A stretch of 64,000 nt of DNA from Camelus ferus. Taxonomy: Eukaryota. The stretch is taken from the NCBI RefSeq assembly GCF_009834535.1, contig NC_045697.1:36334001-36398000 (forward strand), read 5' to 3'. Made by a program: the position numbers and the translations under genes. Below the pieces are notes generated by a model. It was not told where the DNA came from. It saw only the letters and a list, made by a program, of their open reading frames with translations, and did no database searches. Below are positions 51,574-64,000 of this stretch, piece after piece (within the stretch, counting starts at the first letter, position 1; the number at the start of each line of letters is the position of its first letter).

Positions 51574-54500
51574 ATGGCAATAAACACACATCTATCATTA
51601 ATTACTGTAAATGTTAATGGACTAAATGCTCCAGTCAAAAGACACAGAGTGGCAGACTGGATAATAAAGCAAGAACCTTCAATATGCTGCATACAAGAGA
51701 CCCACTTTAGGGAGAAGGACACATATAGATTGAGAGTGAAAGGATGGAAAAGGATATTCCATGCAAATGGAAAAGCCAAAAAAGCAGGTGTTGCAGTACT
51801 GATTTCAGACAAAATAGACTTTAAAACAAAGGCCATAAAGAAAGATAAAGAAGGACATTTTATAATGATTAAAGGAGTGATACAAGATGAGGATATTACA
51901 CTCGTTAATATATATGCACCCAATATAGGAGCACCTAAGTACATACAAGAATTACTAACAGAGATAAAGGGGGATATTGATGGGAATACAACCATAGTTG
52001 GAGATTTTAACACTGCATTAACATCACTAGACAGATCTTCCAGACAGAAAATAAACAAGGCAACAGAGAAATTAAATACTACAATAGAAAAACTAGATTT
52101 GGTGGATATTTTCAGAGCATTACACCCCCCAAAAATAGGATATACATTCTTTTCAAGTGCACATGGAATATTTTCCAGGATCGATCATGTACTTGGGCAC
52201 AAAAGAAACCTCAACAATTTTAAGAAGATAGAAATTATCTCAAGCATCTTTACTGACCACAATGCCATGAAACTGGAAATCAACAACAGAGAAACAAAGG
52301 AGAAAAAAAGGAAAGCATGGAGATTAAACAACATGTTATTGAAAAAACAATGGATCAATGAGGAAATCAAAGCTGAAATTAAAAAATACCTTGAGACAAA
52401 TGATAATGAAAGCACAACCACTCAAAACCTATGGGACACAGCAAAGGCAGTGTTAAGAGGGAAGTTTATAGCGATACAGGCCTTCCTCAAAAAAGAAGAA
52501 CAATCTCAAATAAACAATTTAACCCACCACCTGAATGAATTAGAAAAAGAAGAACAAAAAGCCCCAAAAAGCAGCAGAAGGAAGGAAATAATAAAGATCA
52601 GAGAGGAATTAAATACAATAGAGATTAACAAGACCATAGAAAAAATCAACCAAACCAAAAGCTGGTTTTTTGAAAAAGTAAATAAAATCGACAAACCTCT
52701 GGCCAAACTCACAAAGAAGAAAAAAGAGAGAGCACAAATTAGCAAAATAAGAAAGGAAAATGGAGAAATTACAACAAACAAAATAGAAATACAGAATATC
52801 ATACGAGAATATTATGAAAAACTATATGGAACCAAACTGGATAACCTAGAGGAGATGGACAAGTTTCTGGAAACATACTGTCCACCAAAACTGAATCAAG
52901 AAGAATCTGAACACTTGAACAATCCGATCACTAGAAAGGAAATAGAAATAGCAATTAAAAACCTCGCTACAAATAAAAGTCCAGGACCGGACGGCTTCAC
53001 CGGGGAATTCTACCAAACATACAAAGAAGAACTCATACCAGTCCTTCTCAAACTCTTCCAGATGATTGAAAAGGAGGGAATACTCCCAAACTCATTCTAT
53101 GAAGCCACCATCACCCTGATACCAAAACCAGGCAAAGACACTACAAAAAAAGAGAATTATAGGCCAATATCACTGATGAACATAGACGCCAAAATCCTCA
53201 CCAAAATTTTAGCAAATAGAATCCAACAACACATAAAAAAGATTATACATCATGACCAAGTGGGGTTCATCCCAGGGACACAAGGCTGGTTCAACATACG
53301 CAAATCAATCAGTGTAATACATCACATCAACAAGAGAAAGGACAAAAACCACATGATCATCTCAATCGATGCAGAAAAAGCATTTGATAAAATTCAACAC
53401 CCATTTATGATAAAAACTCTCACCAAAGTGGGTATAGAGGGAACATATCTCAACATAATAAAAGCTATATATGACAAACCTACAGCCAGCATAGTACTCA
53501 ACGGTGAAAAACTCAAAAGCTTCCCACTAAAATCTGGGACAAGACAAGGATGCCCACTATCACCACTCCTATTCAACATAGTCCTGGAAGTCCTAGCCAC
53601 AGCAGTCAGGCAAGAGAAAGAAATAAAAGGGATCCAAATTGGAAAAGAAGTGGTAAAAGTGTCATTATATGCTGATGACATGTTACTATATATAGAAAAC
53701 CCTAAAAGGTCCACACAAAAGCTACTAGAGCTGATTGAAGAATTCAGCAAGGTAGCAGGTTACAAAATTAACGTTCAAAAATCAGTTGCATTTCTTTACA
53801 CTAATGATAAATCAACAGAAGAAGAAAGTAAAGAAACAATCCCCTTTAAAATAGCACCCAAAGTAATAAAATATCTGGGAATAAATCTAACCAAGGAGGT
53901 GAAAGAATTATACACAGAAAACTATAAACCATTGATGAAGGAAATTAAAGAAGACTTTAAAAAATGGAAAGATATTCCATGCTCTTGGATTGGAAGAATC
54001 AATATTGTTAAAATGGTCACACTGCCCAAAGCAATCTACAGATTTAATGCAATCCCTATCCAATTACCCAGGACATATTTCACAGAACTAGAACAAATCA
54101 TAATAAAATTTATATGGAACCATCAAAGACCTAGAATTGCCAAAGCATTACTGAAGAGAAAGAAAGAGGCTGAAGGAATAACTCTCCCAGACTTCAGACA
54201 ATACTATAGAGCTACAGTCATCAAGACAGCATGGTATTGGTGCCAAAACAGACATATAGATCAATGGAACAGAATAGAGAGCCCAGAAATGAACCCACAA
54301 ACTTTTGGTCAACTCATCTTCGACAAAGGAGGCAAGAATATACAATGGAATAAAGACAGTCTCTTCAGCAAATGGTGTTGGGAAAACTGGACAGCAGCAT
54401 GTAAAACAATGAAGCTAGAACACTCCCTTACACCATATACAAAAATCAACTCAAAATGGATTAAAGACTTAAACATAAGACAAGATACAATAAACCTCCT

Positions 54501-55370
54501 AGAGGAAAACATAGGCAAAACATTATCTGACATACATCTCAAAAATTTTCTCCTAGAAGAAATAAAAGCAAGAATAAACAAATGGGACCTAATGAAACTT
54601 ACAAGCTTCTGCACAGCAAAGGAAACCAGAAGTAAAACCAGAAGAAAACCTACGGAATGGGAGAAAATTTTTGCAAGTGAAACCGACAAAGGCTTGATCT
54701 CCAGAATATATAAGCAGCTCATACGACTCAATAAGAAAAAAATAAACAACCCAATCCAAAAATGGGCAGAAGACCTAAACAAGCAATTCTCCAAGGAAGA
54801 CATACAAATGATCAAAAGCACATGAAAAAATGCTCAATATCACTAATTATCAGAGAAATGCAAATCAAAACTACAATGAGGTATCACCTCACACCAGTCA
54901 GAATGGCCGTCATTCAAAAATCCACAAATGACAAATGCTGGAGAGGCTGTGGAGAAAGGGGAACCCTCCTACACTGCTGGTGGGAATGCAGTTTGGTGCA
55001 GCCACTATGGAAAACAGTGTGGAGATTCCTCAAAAGACTAGGAATAGACTTACCATATGACCCAGGAATCCCACTCCTGGGCTTGTATCCAGAAGGAAAT
55101 CTACTTCAGGATGACACCTGCACCCCAATGTTCATAGCAGCACTATTTACAATAGCCAAGACATGGAAACAGCCTAAATGTCCATCAACAGGTGACTGGA
55201 TAAAGAAGATGTGGTATATTTATACAATGGAATACTACTCAGCCATAAAAACCGACAACATAATGCCATTTGCAGCAACATGGATGCTCCTGGAGAATGT
55301 CATTCTAAGTGAAGTAAGCCAGAAAGAGAAAGAAAAATACCATATGAGATCGCTCATATGTGGAATCTAA
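51574..55370 (+). CDS. L1 ORF2p (APE endonuclease, reverse transcriptase, C-terminal CCHC); one base missing at the A4 run 54814-54817
   Basis: 1083-aa ORF with EN motifs (CCIQETH, GDFN, TDH) and RT motifs (QGCPLSP, YADD). It continues in the 54762-55370 frame with [18 protein letters not shown]. Adding one A gives a 1265-aa ORF2. Confidence 0.95.
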
Positions 55371-56659
55371 AAAAAATAACAAAAACAAACAAACAAAAAC
55401 AAAGCGTAAATACAGGACAGAAATAGACTCACAGACAGAGAATACAGACTTGTGGTTACCGGGGGGTGGAGGGTGGGAAGGGATAGCCTGGGATTTCAAA
55501 ATTGTAGAACAGATAAACAAGATTACACTGTATAGCACAGGGAAATATACACAAAATGTTATGATAACTCACAGAGAAAAAAATGTGACAATGAGTGTGT
55601 ATATGTCCATGAATGACTGAAAAATTGTGCTGAACACTGGAATTTGACACATTGTAAAATGATTATAAATCAATAAAAAATGTTAAAAAAAAAAAAAGAA
55701 AGAAACCATGGAGACCAAAGGAAAGTGGCATAATATTTTAACTGTTAACCCAGAATGCTATATGCAGCGAAAATATCATTCAAATGAGAGGAAATAAAAC
55801 TATTCTCAAATTAATAAAAACTAAGAGATTCAGTCATCAGCAAATCTATTCTAAAAGAATGGCTAAAGGAAATTCTCTAAAAAGGAAAGAAAAAAGAGGA
55901 ACTATTGAAACATGATGAAGAAAGAAAACAGTAAGCAAAAATATAGGTAAATACAATAAGCAATTCTTCTTGAGTTCTTTAAACTGTGCTTGACGGTAGA
56001 AGCAAAAATTTTAACACTGTCTGATTCAGATCTAAACGTATGTAGAAGAAATACTAAGATAGATTATATAAGTGTGGGAAGGTAAAGGGAAGTAATGAGA
56101 GGTACCCAGCACTGCTCTTGCCTGTGTCCTCTTGGGTCACACCACTTTCCGTATGCGTTGCTTCAACTTCCGGTGGTGAGCAAGAGGGCTGCCGCAGAGT
56201 CAGGAGGTGCATCAGTCCTGGGTGCTGGGGGAGGAGCGTGGGAGGAAGGGAAAGTATGCCTCTTTCTGGAGTCTCTCTTCAGAAACAAAGAAACCTGACC
56301 AAGAGGCCCCAGTAAGGGTTTTCTTTCACCTCCCCACTTCTAAAGCAATCACTGGCAAAGGAAGTAGTTGGTATTCCAAGACAGGTTCGATTTAAGTCTT
56401 GGACTGAGCTTTGGTTAGAAAGAGTGCTGATGAGTCAAGGTTAAATAAATTGGCCATGATAAAGATGTTACCTGTAGATCTAAAAGGTGTCTTGATTCTT
56501 ACATTTGTCCCACTACATCCTTAGAATTTGTTTGCTTTTCCTGCGCGTGGATTCAACTCTTCTCTTTCTGCAAACTTCTGGGGGGCAGAGGGTGGGGAGG
56601 GGAGTGGAACCTCACCTGTTCCTTTTGTAATTATCTTAGGCTTCTCTGGAGCTGGCATA

Positions 56660-56882
56660 CAGTAATGGTAAGCACTGACTTTAGAGCCAGACTGCTGGGG
56701 TTCAAATATAGGCCCCATCACTTCCAACCATGTGTGTCACCTTAGGCATGTTATTTAACCTTGTTCCTCTAATACAACTCACCTCATAGAGATGTTGTGA
56801 GAACTAAGTTACTATAAACAAAGTGATCAGAACAATACCTATTACAAAATAAATCCTCTATAAGTGTGTGCTATTATTATTA
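56660..56882 (+). mobile_element. MIR fragment
   Basis: GACTTTAGAGCCAGACTGCTGGGGTTCAAAT...CACTTCCAACCATGTGTGTCACCTTAGGCATGTTATTTAACC. Confidence 0.7.
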
Positions 56883-57454
56883 AATGGCATCTACTGTTTT
56901 GGCATGCCCAGCATCCCTTCCCCCTTCTTTTCACAGATGTTTCAGTTTTCCTTTGAAGAACTACCCCTCTGCCATGCCATATGATCTTGGCACAATTCTC
57001 AGTCGGTATGAACTGCTCCCAACCCCCACCAGGGAAGAGGTGGGCACAAGGCCCAAGTTAGGCCAATCTTACCTTCTCCCCTGGGTCTGAGTCTGAGGCA
57101 GAATGACTCAAGATAAAAAACAGTTAAAATTCAGTCTCTCTGGTGTCAAGACCTTGAAGAGGCTTTTCCTGAGTTCTTGCCCCCTAGACCCCTGGAACTG
57201 TATAGTTTTTTCCAAAATCTGATTAACAGTCCTTCTTTTGATTTTGTTGGTTTTCCAATCCCCTTTAATCAATTCCCTTTTTGCTGAAATTAGCCAAAAT
57301 TGATTTCTGTTGTTCATGTAACCATTATGTTGGACAATAGGCCTCCCCAAATTAAATCATAAAATAACTTTATTTTTGTCTCTTATTGACTCTTCATAGC
57401 TCTTCATGAACCTAGCTCTTCTCTGGCCCCTGCTTACATATCATATAACTTAAG

Positions 57455-57668
57455 ACAGTGGCTCAGAAGTCAAACATTCTGGGCTCAAATTCTAACTCCA
57501 CCCACTGCTAGCTATGTTACTTAATGTTTCTTTGCCTTAGCTTCCTTAATCTGTAAAACAGAATAAAAACATTCACCTTATTGAGTTATTGTAAAACTTA
57601 AATGACTTCCCAAATGTAAAATGCCTGGAACTGTGCTTGCCACATAGTAAGTCCTGAAAAATGTTAAT
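57455..57668 (+). mobile_element. MIR fragment
   Basis: CTGGGCTCAAATTCTAACTCCACC...CTTAGCTTCCTTAATCTGTAAAA...GCCACATAGTAAG. Confidence 0.7.
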
Positions 57669-59096
57669 AGGGCTGACGGCAGTCAGTAGTGGCCCAGTGA
57701 GGTTGCCCTCCTCACAATCCATCACACTAGGCCCTGACCATTCTTGTTTCCAAATCTATGTTCATACTAGCCCTCAATCCTTTTCCCAATCCTTCAAGAC
57801 ATCATTAATTCATGCACCACCACTTCCACAAGGCCCACACTGATCTACAAAGACCACGTTAACCTGATACTTCACTTATAGGAATTATAATCTGAAGCAG
57901 ATGCACAAGACTTGATTTCATACCATTCTATTGTTTTGTAATTGTACCTCTGTGTAGATCATGATTACCCCAACAAGAAAAGTGTCCCTTGAAGGCAAGA
58001 ATTATATTTTATATTATTTTATATCCTTTATATTATTTAGTCCACAGTAAGGCTCATAGTAAATCCTTAATAATTAACTTGGAATGGCCTTCTGAGCAGC
58101 TAAAAATATTTCCAATCACAATTACTTCTGGGTTTGTAAGGGTTGCAAGCCCTTAGGTCTATGTTTTAGTATATATGCTGCCAAAGCAAAGACATGGCTT
58201 ATGTTTTTATTGTGTGTATAAGCATAAAACAGACAAGGTACAGAACTTTCTCTTCTCTTCCCCCACTGGCCAACACACACTGGGTAGCCAATAAATGTTA
58301 TTAACTATCTATAAAAAAGCTGAAAACTTCAGAAGCTGCAATTTCATTCTAAATAGGATAGTTACTGTTAAGAACGGAAACTATAATGCTGAAAGGTGGT
58401 GTTTTGTTTAGAACTTTAAAACGTGGAGATAAGGGAAATATAAACTCAGACAACTTTTTCTCTTCTAATGCATTTTTTTCTCATAAGAATTGCAGATAAA
58501 GGACAAAGTAGAAAAGATAACTATGGTATCTTCTTATTGTCATGTTTCTGGAGAAATGTTCTTTTATTTTTGGAACTCTGCATAACATAAAGAACCCCAT
58601 CTTCTTGCTGTGATTTCTCCAATCCTGTGAAAAAGTATACAGAGAAATAAAAATTTTTCCCACTGATGCCCAAGAGGATATAGTTTCCATATAAAAAGAT
58701 GGCACTGTTTCAGAGCAATGTGGGCAGTATTTGAGTCATGTGGAAAAGTCATCTGGGAAAGAGAAATTGAGTAAGCCTAGCCTCAAGTCCATGTGAAGCT
58801 GTCTGTGAAATGGAGATGCTTAAATTGACTTACTTAGCCAACCCTAGGAACAAGCTTATATTCCATCTAAATAACACCTCTATAAAGTTCTGCACCTTTT
58901 GGCTTATATTGTTTAATGAAAATGGCTATTTCAAAGTTAAGAACAAATTCTTTTATATAAATGCTACCCACTATGGATTTTTCAACCAGGCTAACTCTTC
59001 ACTGTTTCCTTTCTGCAGGAACACTGTAGGCAAGAAAGAAAAGGAAAGAGGGAGGAGGATGAAAGGAAAAAAAAAAAAAAAACAAACGTATCTTAC

Positions 59097-59265
59097 TGGG
59101 ATTGTGCGAGACAGCCGGGTGCAACCATATTCCGATTCTCCTCCTCAGCCCGGAGTGCAGTGAGCTCTATCATGTTAACCATCACATCATTGGTGTGGCC
59201 CGGAAGCTGGGGAAGCACTGAAATTATCTTCTCTACCAAGTTGTCCCCATGATGTCCAACTGCTC
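59097..59265 (-). CDS. SCFD2: SCFD2 internal coding exon (probably exon 2), 169 nt
   Basis: Acceptor CTGCTTAAACAG|GA, donor CCA|GTAAGA. Encodes (G)AVGHHGDNLVEKIISVLPQLPGHTNDVMVNMIELTALRAEEENRNMVAPGCLAQS(H), and joins the next exon in frame (CA|T GAC). Not in the ORF track. Confidence 0.93.
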
Positions 59266-62200
59266 CTGTTTAAGCAGACAAGAAAATACGAACTCACAAA
59301 ATGGGAGGAAAAACAAGCTGGAGTAATGTTTTGTAATACCTCTTCTATCAAAAACAACATACATTTTTAGTTTCTGTTACACAAATCAATAACACAAACC
59401 TAACATTTTGCCCTTAGTAACACTAATTAAGCTCACAATTACCTAGACAACGTATGTCTTGTATGTTGGATTTAATGGTCCCTGAGGACAGGCACTGTGT
59501 CTACTCTGGTTACTACTATATTCCCAGCCCCTAGCATAGTGCCTACACGTGGTAGACCTGAATAAGTAGTTAATGAATAAATAAATAAACAACATTTGGT
59601 CAGTCAGGTAAATGGTGTCACAGTATAAACTCTCCTGAAATTTTAGAGCAAAAGAGATTTTCTTTATTTTACAGATGAAGATCTTAAAACCCATAAGGGC
59701 TTAGAGACCTGACCAAGAAGAGCAAATCTCCCCTTTGCTAGAAACTTCATAATGGCAACTGTTTATCTAGTTCACCCTCTACCCACCATGTCTAGTAAGC
59801 AGTCTGGTAGCTAGGAGGCTCACTAATTATTTGTGAGATGAAGGAAAGAACAAAGGAATGAATGGTAACAGTTTGCAGTAGTAGAAGCATTTATAGAGTG
59901 TTTTCTGTGTTTCAGGCACTGTTTTAGATGCTTCACATATATTAACTCTTTTAATAATAAATGAATAAACTAAAATTAAAATTCAAGACCAATGACACAG
60001 TTTAATATTTTTTCCATGAGACCAAGTTATCTTTCCAAAACCCATCACTGCATGGAAGACATCATTCCAACAATGGGTGGGACTGGCCAAATCAACTTGC
60101 TTTAATCTGACCCACTTCAAATAAATTATTTTACTTCCAAATGTCTCTCTATTTTTTTTTTTGCCATGTCATATTAATTGGACAGAAGAACTGGGTAGAA
60201 AAGCCTAAACCAGAAATCCATGGAATCGCTGTCATCGCCATCATCATCTTTATCACAATAGTTAATTTATTGAGAGCTTATGATGCACCAGGTATTAAGT
60301 TTCATACTGTACTTTAATTCTTAATACACTTAATTCTTATAATGACCCTAAAAGGTAGGTGTTATTATGCTCATTGACAGAGTAGAAGACTCAGTTTAAA
60401 TAACTTGCTTAAGATTACATATGCTGTAAATTACAGAGGAAGAATTCAAACTCAGGAGGCAGATAACTCCAAAAATTCTTTATTAAAAAAAATCAGGCCC
60501 ATAAAAGTGACTTGAAACAGAGCCAACATGAGTGCTTCTAAGGTGGCTTCTGATGTTAAAGAAAAGAGCCCTTGTCTTACCACTAAAATGTTCATTAATT
60601 AGGTCTGGAAGGAACCATGTCTTATTTATGTTGCCTATGGTTTATGGTCATCTCCCTAGCACTCAGACTACAAGCTACTCATTAAATACTTGCTGAACGA
60701 ATGCCCAGTGACTATATATGTTCCTGGGATCAAGGGGAGAGTCAGAAGTCTCTAAAAGAATCATATCTTTAAGCCTGGACTGGATATACTAGTATTACCC
60801 CATAGCATCATGAATTTCTCTGTTCACTAGTATCCTCCTCATTTATTTAAAAACTTCCACTCTTGAATTTAAATTACTTGATGTCTATCCACAAATAATG
60901 TAGATATAGATATTTATCATAGGTTGAGATAAAAAAAAAACAACTAAGATGTGTAGTTCCATCACTGAATACTCTGCCTGTTGCTAGTCATGGCTATATT
61001 CTTGCAGTGCTTTCTTCTTGGTCAGAAAGATAAATTATCAAGACTCTCCTTGTATGTAAAATGTGTCTGTAGTTTAGAAGAATACTGGCCAATAGGATGA
61101 AATACAATTCCAAGTTACGAAATCTCACAATGAATTTCTCCAATGAAAACTACCCAGTTCTTTTTAATCATGTACACTTAAATATTTTATATAACCCATT
61201 CTTTCAAAAATGTATGCTCAAATCTTAAAGAACATTAAGGAAATAAGCTGAAAGTCCTTTTCCTTGAAATAAAATAAATTGTATTTTAAATAAATGAAAA
61301 AAAAAAAACACAACTTCCACTCATCACTACAGTAACTTTCCTTTGAACCTGGTGCCCAAATTCTGAGCCCTGCCCACAAGCTACTCTTATTTTTTGTCGG
61401 CTTTGCAGACACATGGCGCAAACAAGTGGCCTATATGTTCTGCCTTTCTTTTCTAACTTCTTTAGCCCCTACAATCTAGCTGCTACTCACTCCTCCTCCT
61501 GATGCTAAAAGCAGGGGTCTTTGGCAAGTCTCAGTTTATTAAATCCTCAGTTTAATGAAATTAAATGAATTTAATGAGTAGCTTGCAGTCTGAGTGCTGG
61601 GGAGCTGACCATAAACCATTAGTTAAATTAAAACTATTGACTACTCCAGTCCTCTTGAAACTCTCTAAATATGAGAAGTCAGGACATGGCATTCTTATTT
61701 TTCCTTAAGGTTTAATAGCTAATAGTTATTTTTACAAAACCAAAGTACATTTACATCCTTAAAATATTACATACTAACATTCTAAATGTTCAAAAGTAGA
61801 GGATTTTTTAAAATTATGGCATATTCACTGAAGCAGTTCTCAAGTTGTGATTTTTTTATATTCTTCTATTTATTTACAGTTTATAAACTTTCCATGGTGA
61901 GCATACATTCTTGTTGTAATAAGATAAAAAACTATGTTATACACACATACAAATACCCTAAAATTTTACCAAGGGTTATCTTTGAATGGTAGGATTTTGG
62001 ATGACGTAAACTCTATCTAAACTTCATTTTATGACCAGTATTTTCTACAAGAAGCACATGAGACTTACCTAATTAGAAAAATAATTTACATCCTATCAGA
62101 AACTGTTGAAAATATTACATAAGAGAATTAAGAAAATGCCACATTTACATGACCAGGATTACTCAGCCTCTTAGGTTTAGTCAAAAGGAATGTATAGCTA

Positions 62201-63149
62201 ACATGTTCCATAATGAAGGATAAAGCAGGTATGGACTTTCAACTAATTGACCTGCTCTTCTGTGAATACAGTTTCTCACATGTCCAACTTTAGAGGCTTC
62301 AATATTCATTTTTAAAATTTAATTAATGCTATTTACATGACTCAAACATAAACTAAGCATTTGGGGCTTCTCAACGTCACAGTAACTTCAGATTCTTCTT
62401 TCATGAAATGAATAAAATGCTGACATTTATATCACACTTAAATTTTCAGAGAGCTTATTTTTTCTTTTATTATAGGGACTTTAAAATATTATTTAAGAAG
62501 CTCAAGAGTGGAAGTCAACCAGAACCCAGTTATTTCTTCCCTGTCCCACTGTTAATCTAGCCAACAGCAACGTAGTCTAGTCTGGCCAGAGGATAGTTTA
62601 TTTCCCATTGCCTTCTTTTCTGAAGGGGCTGTAGGAAAGAAATTGGGGACATTGGCTCTAGTGGTCCCATCTTCCACTAGTTCCTTGTGTAATCTGAGGG
62701 AATTTCCATAAATGTGGTGTTATTTTACCAAGCTAAAAACTCAAGAGTTTTTCCAACTGGCACCTAAATATCTTCAAGCCTTAGTATCTGAGATCCTAAG
62801 TTAAGCTAACTGCTTCAAAGGCTAAACATTTTAGTTAACAGGACCAGAAAAATACCAATCCTGTATGACCCTGTGGATCATATGTGAATGTGCTTGTGCT
62901 TGCTAGTATCATTATCCTAAGGCACATGACCTCTTCATTGCCTCACTTGCACGGAATGAAGTAAGAAGCAAGAATTGAGGAGCCTTCACAAGATCTCAGT
63001 CAGACTGTAGAAGGGCTCAGAGATAAATACACAAGAGTCTTCTCTACATTTCACAAACAGGATATTCTGGGGTTGTGCACAGTGTCCCTTTGTGTTGAGA
63101 CAGGGCTACTGGACTCTTGGAATTAGTGTATTAAAAAAACTCACTTCCT

Positions 63150-63314
63150 AGGGAACTATATTCAATATCTTGTAGTCATCTATAATGAAAAAGAATATGA
63201 AAGTGAATATATATGTATGACTGAAACATTATGCTGTACACCAGAAATTGGCACATTATAAACTGACTATGCTTCAATAGAAAAGAATGCAAATTAAAGA
63301 GATAATAAAAATTT
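63150..63314 (+). mobile_element. Short 5'-truncated L1 3' end
   Basis: AGGGAACTATATTCAATATCTTGTAG...GTATGACTGAAACATTATGCTGTACACCAGAAATTG. TSD AAAAACTC(A/C)CTTCCT (63135-63149 / 63315-63329). Confidence 0.85.
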
Positions 63315-64000
63315 AAAAACTCCCTTCCTTTCTGATTCCCATCATTCTTTCCCAAGAATCTGTGACTGTATTTCATTATTTTGAAATGTTTCAGTATTTA
63401 TAATGACATTTCAGTACTGTAAGAGTAGAATATTTCTTTATTACTCCTGATGTTTCCTTCTATGTAGAGGGACAACAAATATCCCAACACTCCTGAGACT
63501 GCTTCACCTTCTTCAATCAATCACTTTTCCTTGGGCCATCTACTTGTTCTTCCTAGGATAGGTTCTGCCTTTGGGAAGAAGAGACTTGCTCTGGTCCAGA
63601 GTGTGTAAACTTTTCAACACTTGGATTTGGCATTAAGAATCTTCATTCATGTTCTCTGCTCATGAATATGATTTTACTTTTTAATCTTTATGCCTTTTTC
63701 TTCCTTTCTTTATTTAAGTGGCTGGAACCCTCATTACAATGTAGAATAAAAGTGAATGACAAAAAAAAAAAAGAATCTTTGTTAATGTTCACTGTATCCA
63801 TAATAAAACTGGTGTTTTGGCCTCTGCAACTCTTTATCTCATAATCAATTGATTCAGAATCTAGATGGGGAAAGGAGCACTAGTTATTAGATCCCCTCTA
63901 ACGTTACCATTTCTAACACTACCTCACATCAGTCAAACCTAGTACAAAGAGGATATATTAAAGCAGATGCCACATACCAGTCAAAAGCCTGCTTAAGTTT

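Larger units (their letters stand above)
48585..55700 (+). mobile_element. Young full-length LINE-1 (7116 bp), antisense to SCFD2
   Basis: Perfect 17-bp TSD AGAAACCATGGAGACCA (48568-48584 / 55701-55717). CpG-rich 5'UTR, ORF1, ~400-bp spacer, ORF2, 3'UTR with G-rich tract, AATAAA and polyA. Confidence 0.98.

Noticed and set aside
50367..54821. Multiple minus-strand ORFs of 65-202 aa within the young L1
   Set aside because: Typical antisense shadows of L1 ORF1/ORF2.
58810..59163. 117-aa plus-strand ORF overlapping the SCFD2 exon antisense
   Set aside because: Low-complexity, includes an A-run translated as poly-Lys, and no family resemblance. Chance ORF.
1..64000. CRISPR array, prokaryotic defence system or novel reverse-transcriptase system
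   Set aside because: The sequence is mammalian intron. The only reverse transcriptase is canonical L1 ORF2p, and no regularly spaced repeats were seen.

Overview
Mammalian genomic DNA, very likely a camelid (camel/alpaca/llama), judged from tRNA-derived Vic-1-type SINEs. It is not prokaryotic: no CRISPR array, operon, rRNA or true tRNA gene was seen. The window is intronic SCFD2 (Sec1-family domain containing 2) on the minus strand. Three coding exons (59265-59097, 28520-28393, 3699-3524; 169, 128 and 176 nt) have GT-AG boundaries and join in frame. The introns are dominated by transposable elements. These include a young full-length 7.1 kb LINE-1 (+, 17-bp TSD) whose ORF1 and ORF2 are each broken only by a single-base indel in an A-run, and an older decayed full-length L1 (-). 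Also present are several TSD-bounded truncated L1s, Vic-1 SINEs, MER21/LTR41/MLT1-like LTRs, a Charlie1-like hAT element, MIRs and L2s. The most unusual observations are: (1) a 1.5 kb TSD-bounded, poly(A)-tailed patchwork insertion that contains a near-perfect 78-bp copy of unique intronic sequence from 31 kb away; (2) a splice-acceptor-like tract plus ATG and ~75-codon ORF in the L1 inter-ORF spacer, present in both full-length L1s; (3) the near-intact L1. Repeat family names come from recalled consensus sequences, not from a database search, and most repeat boundaries without TSDs are approximate.
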